The notes beneath the pieces are model-generated. The model worked only from the letters and a program-made list of their open reading frames with translations. It was not told the origin of the DNA and searched no databases. A program made the translations under genes and the position numbers. DNA of 21,215 bases. Origin: Candidatus Iainarchaeum sp. Lineage in GTDB: Archaea > Iainarchaeota > Iainarchaeia > Iainarchaeales > DTGL01. The stretch covers positions 1 to 21,215 of the forward strand of contig JAWALG010000018.1 of NCBI GenBank assembly GCA_038886995.1, written 5' to 3'. Within the stretch, counting starts at the first letter, position 1, and each line of letters opens with the position of its first letter. Below are positions 18,358 through 21,215 of this stretch, piece after piece.

Positions 18358-18580
18358 AAGATCACTTCTCTTTGCTCAAAGCTTCCAAAACATAGGAAGA
18401 ACAACAATATAAGGGAATATTAGATTAAAAACATTTTTGGAGTTGATGAGACAATCTTTTTTTACTTTTTTAGTCCATTTTATACATAATTTATACGTCA
18501 TGTTTTTAAAGAGTACAATACAATAAGTATTATAGAAGCTATTTTTGGCTTGCTTTAGTTAAGTTTTTGGAGGGGGCATT

Positions 18581-18748
18581 ATGGCTGGAAATATGGTTAT
18601 TGATGATGGGGTAATACGTTTTGAGGTAAGCGAAGAGCTCAGGCAAAAGCTGCTCAACGAAGAGCGCAAGCTTAGAGCCAAGCAGCCAGAGCCCTGGACT
18701 AAGACAAAATTCAGGCGCTATGCGAATTTTGGCAAGATTAAGATATAG
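18581..18748 (+). CDS. Small hypothetical basic protein, 55 aa (MAGNMVIDDGVIRFEVSEELRQKLLNEERKLRAKQPEPWTKTKFRRYANFGKIKI)
   Basis: Below the ORF-track cutoff; GGAGGGGG SD 4 nt before the ATG; protein-like composition; fills an otherwise empty gap. Confidence 0.75.
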   Translation: MAGNMVIDDGVIRFEVSEELRQKLLNEERKLRAKQPEPWTKTKFRRYANFGKIKI

Positions 18749-18820
18749 AATTGTAGCTAAAGACGACCAGGCCCAATCAGAAACTCTTTTAAGCTTGCAT
18801 TGGCTTCATTCTATGTCAGT

Positions 18821-20065
18821 ATGCCTAGGCACAGATTAGCACATATTGATTACGCTGAGGAATTCACATTGGAAAATGGGGTAAAAGTTATATTCAGCAA
18901 AGGCCAAAGCAATGTATTTGCTGCTGAAATATTGGTAAACTTTGGCTCAGCATTTGAAGAGAGAAAAAACTCAGGCATTGCACATTTCATAGAACATATG
19001 TTTTTTTCTGGAACAAAAAAACATAGCAGGCTCCAAATATCAAAGAAAATTGATTCTGTTGGTGGCTACCTAAATGCATTTACTTCCAGGGAAAACATTG
19101 GGTATTTAGTAAAAACAGATGCTACAAACGGAATGATGGCATTGAATACTCTTTTAGATTGCTTTAATAACTGCCAGTTTTACAATGATCAGCTTGAGGT
19201 AGAAAGAAGGATCATAGCTAATGAGATAAGGGATAGCTATGATAACCCAACGAGGCATGCTATTATTGAATTTTATAAAGTATGCTTGGGCAAAAAATTT
19301 GGAAAACCAATTGCAGGCAGTGAAAAAAATGTGCTAAGGTTTAGAAGAAGAGACCTCCTCTCTCATTTCAAGGTAAGCCATCACATTGGAAACTGCATAT
19401 TTTCCATAGTTGCCCCTGATGAGCCATTAAAGTATTTCAAAGTTATTGAAAAAAACCTGTTGAGAAGAAAAAATTCATCACTTAAGCTAAGAAAATGCAA
19501 TGCTAAAGCTAAGCAAAAAGAGGTATTTGTAGAGAAAAAAATTGAGCAGACACACATTTGTGTTGGTTTTCCAACGGTTAGCTCTTCAGACGAGAATTAT
19601 GCGGCTCTTACAATATTGGAAGCAATTTTAGGCGGTGGCCTTAGCTCAAGGATTGTTTATAAGATAAGGGAAAAACATGGCCTGAGCTATATGGCGCATG
19701 CTTTTTTGGATGCTGAGCCAAAGCACGGGGCTTTTTGTGTATATGCTGCAACTAACCCAGAGAAAGCAAAAAAGGTCATCAGCATTATAAAAAAAGAGCT
19801 TGAGCTTGTGGCAAATGGTCGAATAAGTGAGAGTGAGCTTAAAAAGGCAAAGAAACATATAATTGGTTCCCAAGCAATTGCTTGGGAAGATTCGCTAGAA
19901 AAGGCGAGAGACAATTCTTTTGCTTATTGTTCTGGTTGGGGTTGGGCAGAATATTTTGAAAAGATAAAGAGTTTCAAGATGGCTGAATTGAAAAGAGCTG
20001 TGAATGAGTTAATGGATCCTCAAAATTTGTGTTTTGTTTATCTTGGGCCCTCAACCAAAAAGTAG
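18821..20065 (+). CDS. M16 family (pitrilysin/MPP-like, M16B) zinc peptidase
   Basis: Inverted zincin HFIEH, LNAFTSRE, ERRIIANEI, ILGGGLSSR, IREKHGLSY (R/Y pair). ATG 18821 lies about 28 nt after TTTTAAG. Confidence 0.93.
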   Translation: MPRHRLAHIDYAEEFTLENGVKVIFSKGQSNVFAAEILVNFGSAFEERKNSGIAHFIEHMFFSGTKKHSRLQISKKIDSVGGYLNAFTSRENIGYLVKTDATNGMMALNTLLDCFNNCQFYNDQLEVERRIIANEIRDSYDNPTRHAIIEFYKVCLGKKFGKPIAGSEKNVLRFRRRDLLSHFKVSHHIGNCIFSIVAPDEPLKYFKVIEKNLLRRKNSSLKLRKCNAKAKQKEVFVEKKIEQTHICVGFPTVSSSDENYAALTILEAILGGGLSSRIVYKIREKHGLSYMAHAFLDAEPKHGAFCVYAATNPEKAKKVISIIKKELELVANGRISESELKKAKKHIIGSQAIAWEDSLEKARDNSFAYCSGWGWAEYFEKIKSFKMAELKRAVNELMDPQNLCFVYLGPSTKK

Positions 20066-20088
20066 CCAAAGCGTTCAGCCCTGTTTAA

Positions 20089-20307
20089 ACAAAAAAATTA
20101 AATATCCGGGATCCTAAATATCTCAGTGAATGTGCTAAAAGAATAAGCCAGCCGGACATCAAAGCAAATGTTGAGAAAGAGTCTACAAGGATTGATTTTA
20201 GTTCTTGCGAAATTCGCCCTGATGGCAGTAGAGGTTTGAATTACAATCAGGCCATGGCATACATGGAAAGAACTAAGGGAAAATTGAATAGATTGCTACA
20301 TAACTAA
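20089..20307 (+). pseudogene. Possible 5'-truncated gene remnant (72 open codons, no start near the 5' end)
   Basis: TKKLNIRDPKYLSECAKRISQPDIKANVEKESTRIDFSSCEIRPDGSRGLNYNQAMAYMERTKGKLNRLLHN*; more GC-rich and coding-like than its flanks. Confidence 0.35.
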
Positions 20308-20361
20308 TTTTACCATAAATAAAGCAATTATACATAATAAAACCTGATTTTGCTGCATATA

Positions 20362-20389
20362 TTGCCGTATAATGTATATTATACGGCAC
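20362..20389. other. dif-like tyrosine-recombinase (XerA-type) site, 11-6-11 bp
   Basis: TTGCCGTATAA TGTATA TTATACGGCAC: arms are inverted repeats at 10 of 11 positions; the core ATAA-TGTATA-TTAT is identical to that of E. coli dif; intergenic between convergent genes. Confidence 0.7.
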
Positions 20390-20484
20390 TATTAGGACTT
20401 TTGCTAGGTGCGTAAAATTATGTATAAGTTATTTCCGGAGATCCGAAAAAGATCTGAAAAACCACAATAAAAAATTAAAATATT

Positions 20485-20526
20485 TTTCTGGGGTGCTGTA
20501 AAATCTTAAAACCCCACAAATTTTTT
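20485..20526 (+). terminator. Possible hairpin + T-tract (TTTCTGGGGT-N16-ACCCCACAAA-TTTTTT)
   Basis: 9/10 inverted repeat followed by T6. Confidence 0.3.
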
Positions 20527-20923
20527 GCTGAGGAAAATTTTGGCTTAATTTTTTGCTATGACGAAATATTTGGTATTTAGATTTTTTGCTAATTTTAGGT
20601 GATTTGGAAGGAATTAAAGAGCCTTAGTTAAAGCTTGGTTGTACTATAAGATCAAAAATTTGTAGTAAAATATGGCAAAAAGGCCTTTTTTTCGTATTTT
20701 GGCATATTAAGTTATTTTTTGCATTGTTTTGCGGTTTTGTATTTTTGGCTATTGTGGGGTTGGCTTATTTGCTTTTTCAGTATGCTTTATAATAAAGAAG
20801 TTAAAAAAAGCCCAAAAAGGCCTTAAAGAGCCCAATAAAGCCAAAAAAAGAGCAAAAAAAGCAACAAAAAGAAATATACATAACCTTTTCAATAATTATG
20901 TTAAATGTGGCATAGAAGTAGAT

Positions 20924-21215
20924 TTACTGATCAACCGTTAGCAAAATAGTTTTTTCTGTCTGGTTTTTTGTATATTGATAATTTCCTTCGTATTCTTGCA
21001 CAATTACCTGAATTTCTTTTTCGCCGGGAGATAAACTGTGCTTAGGCCATATTTCTAAGTAAAGGATTCTTTCCTCAGATGGCATTATTTTGTCAATGTT
21101 TATTATCTCTGAAGTCTTAAAACCACCTTTTGAAAAAGCAAGCTCATTTGGTAGCATGATTCTAACAGTGAGCTTTTTGACCGAGTCATCTATATTTTTA
21201 ACAAATAGGTCTAAA
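20924..21215 (-). CDS. 3' end of a gene entering from the right edge; C-terminal Ig-like beta-sandwich domain
   Basis: The frame of the 77-aa ORF stays open to the window edge: LDLFVKNIDDSVKKLTVRIMLPNELAF...IMPSEERILYLEIWP...PGEKEIQVIV (CARDB/DUF11-like pattern). Confidence 0.75.
   Translation of the reverse strand, partial: LDLFVKNIDDSVKKLTVRIMLPNELAFSKGGFKTSEIINIDKIMPSEERILYLEIWPKHSLSPGEKEIQVIVQEYEGNYQYTKNQTEKTILLTVDQ

Noticed and set aside
3422-19914. Numerous 60-150 aa antisense ORFs in the track
   Set aside because: They are shadow frames of well-supported genes on the opposite strand, with no motifs or SD signals.
20310-20920. Replication origin (AT-rich, GGGGT strings)
   Set aside because: No convincing ORB (TTCCAGTGGAAA-like) repeats and no adjacent orc1/cdc6 in the window; the dif-like reading fits better.
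20729-20941. 70-aa ORF (hydrophobic then Lys-rich)
   Set aside because: The composition follows from the T-rich/A-rich low-complexity flip; TTG start without an SD; overlaps the convergent gene end.

Overview
This is an AT-rich archaeal chromosomal window. The gene content and style suggest a DPANN-type archaeon such as Iainarchaeota/Diapherotrites, which is an inference. Housekeeping and proteostasis genes are NAC, a long-type FKBP, proteasome beta next to aCPSF1/FttA, a Fap7/AK6-like kinase, AMMECR1, a PRC-barrel CdpB-like protein, an N-terminal-only Rqc2/RqcH, geranylgeranyl reductase and an M16 peptidase. They are interleaved with five or six orphan secreted or membrane proteins, two of them cut by the window edges, and two unlisted 52-55 aa small ORFs with their own promoter and SD signals. 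The strongest non-coding signal is a palindromic 28-bp dif/lox-like tyrosine-recombinase site at 20362-20389 (TTGCCGTATAA-TGTATA-TTATACGGCAC). It is flanked near-symmetrically by inverted TTATACATAA boxes, and the same box recurs in several promoter regions of the window. I found no rRNA, tRNA, CRISPR array, transposase or integrase.
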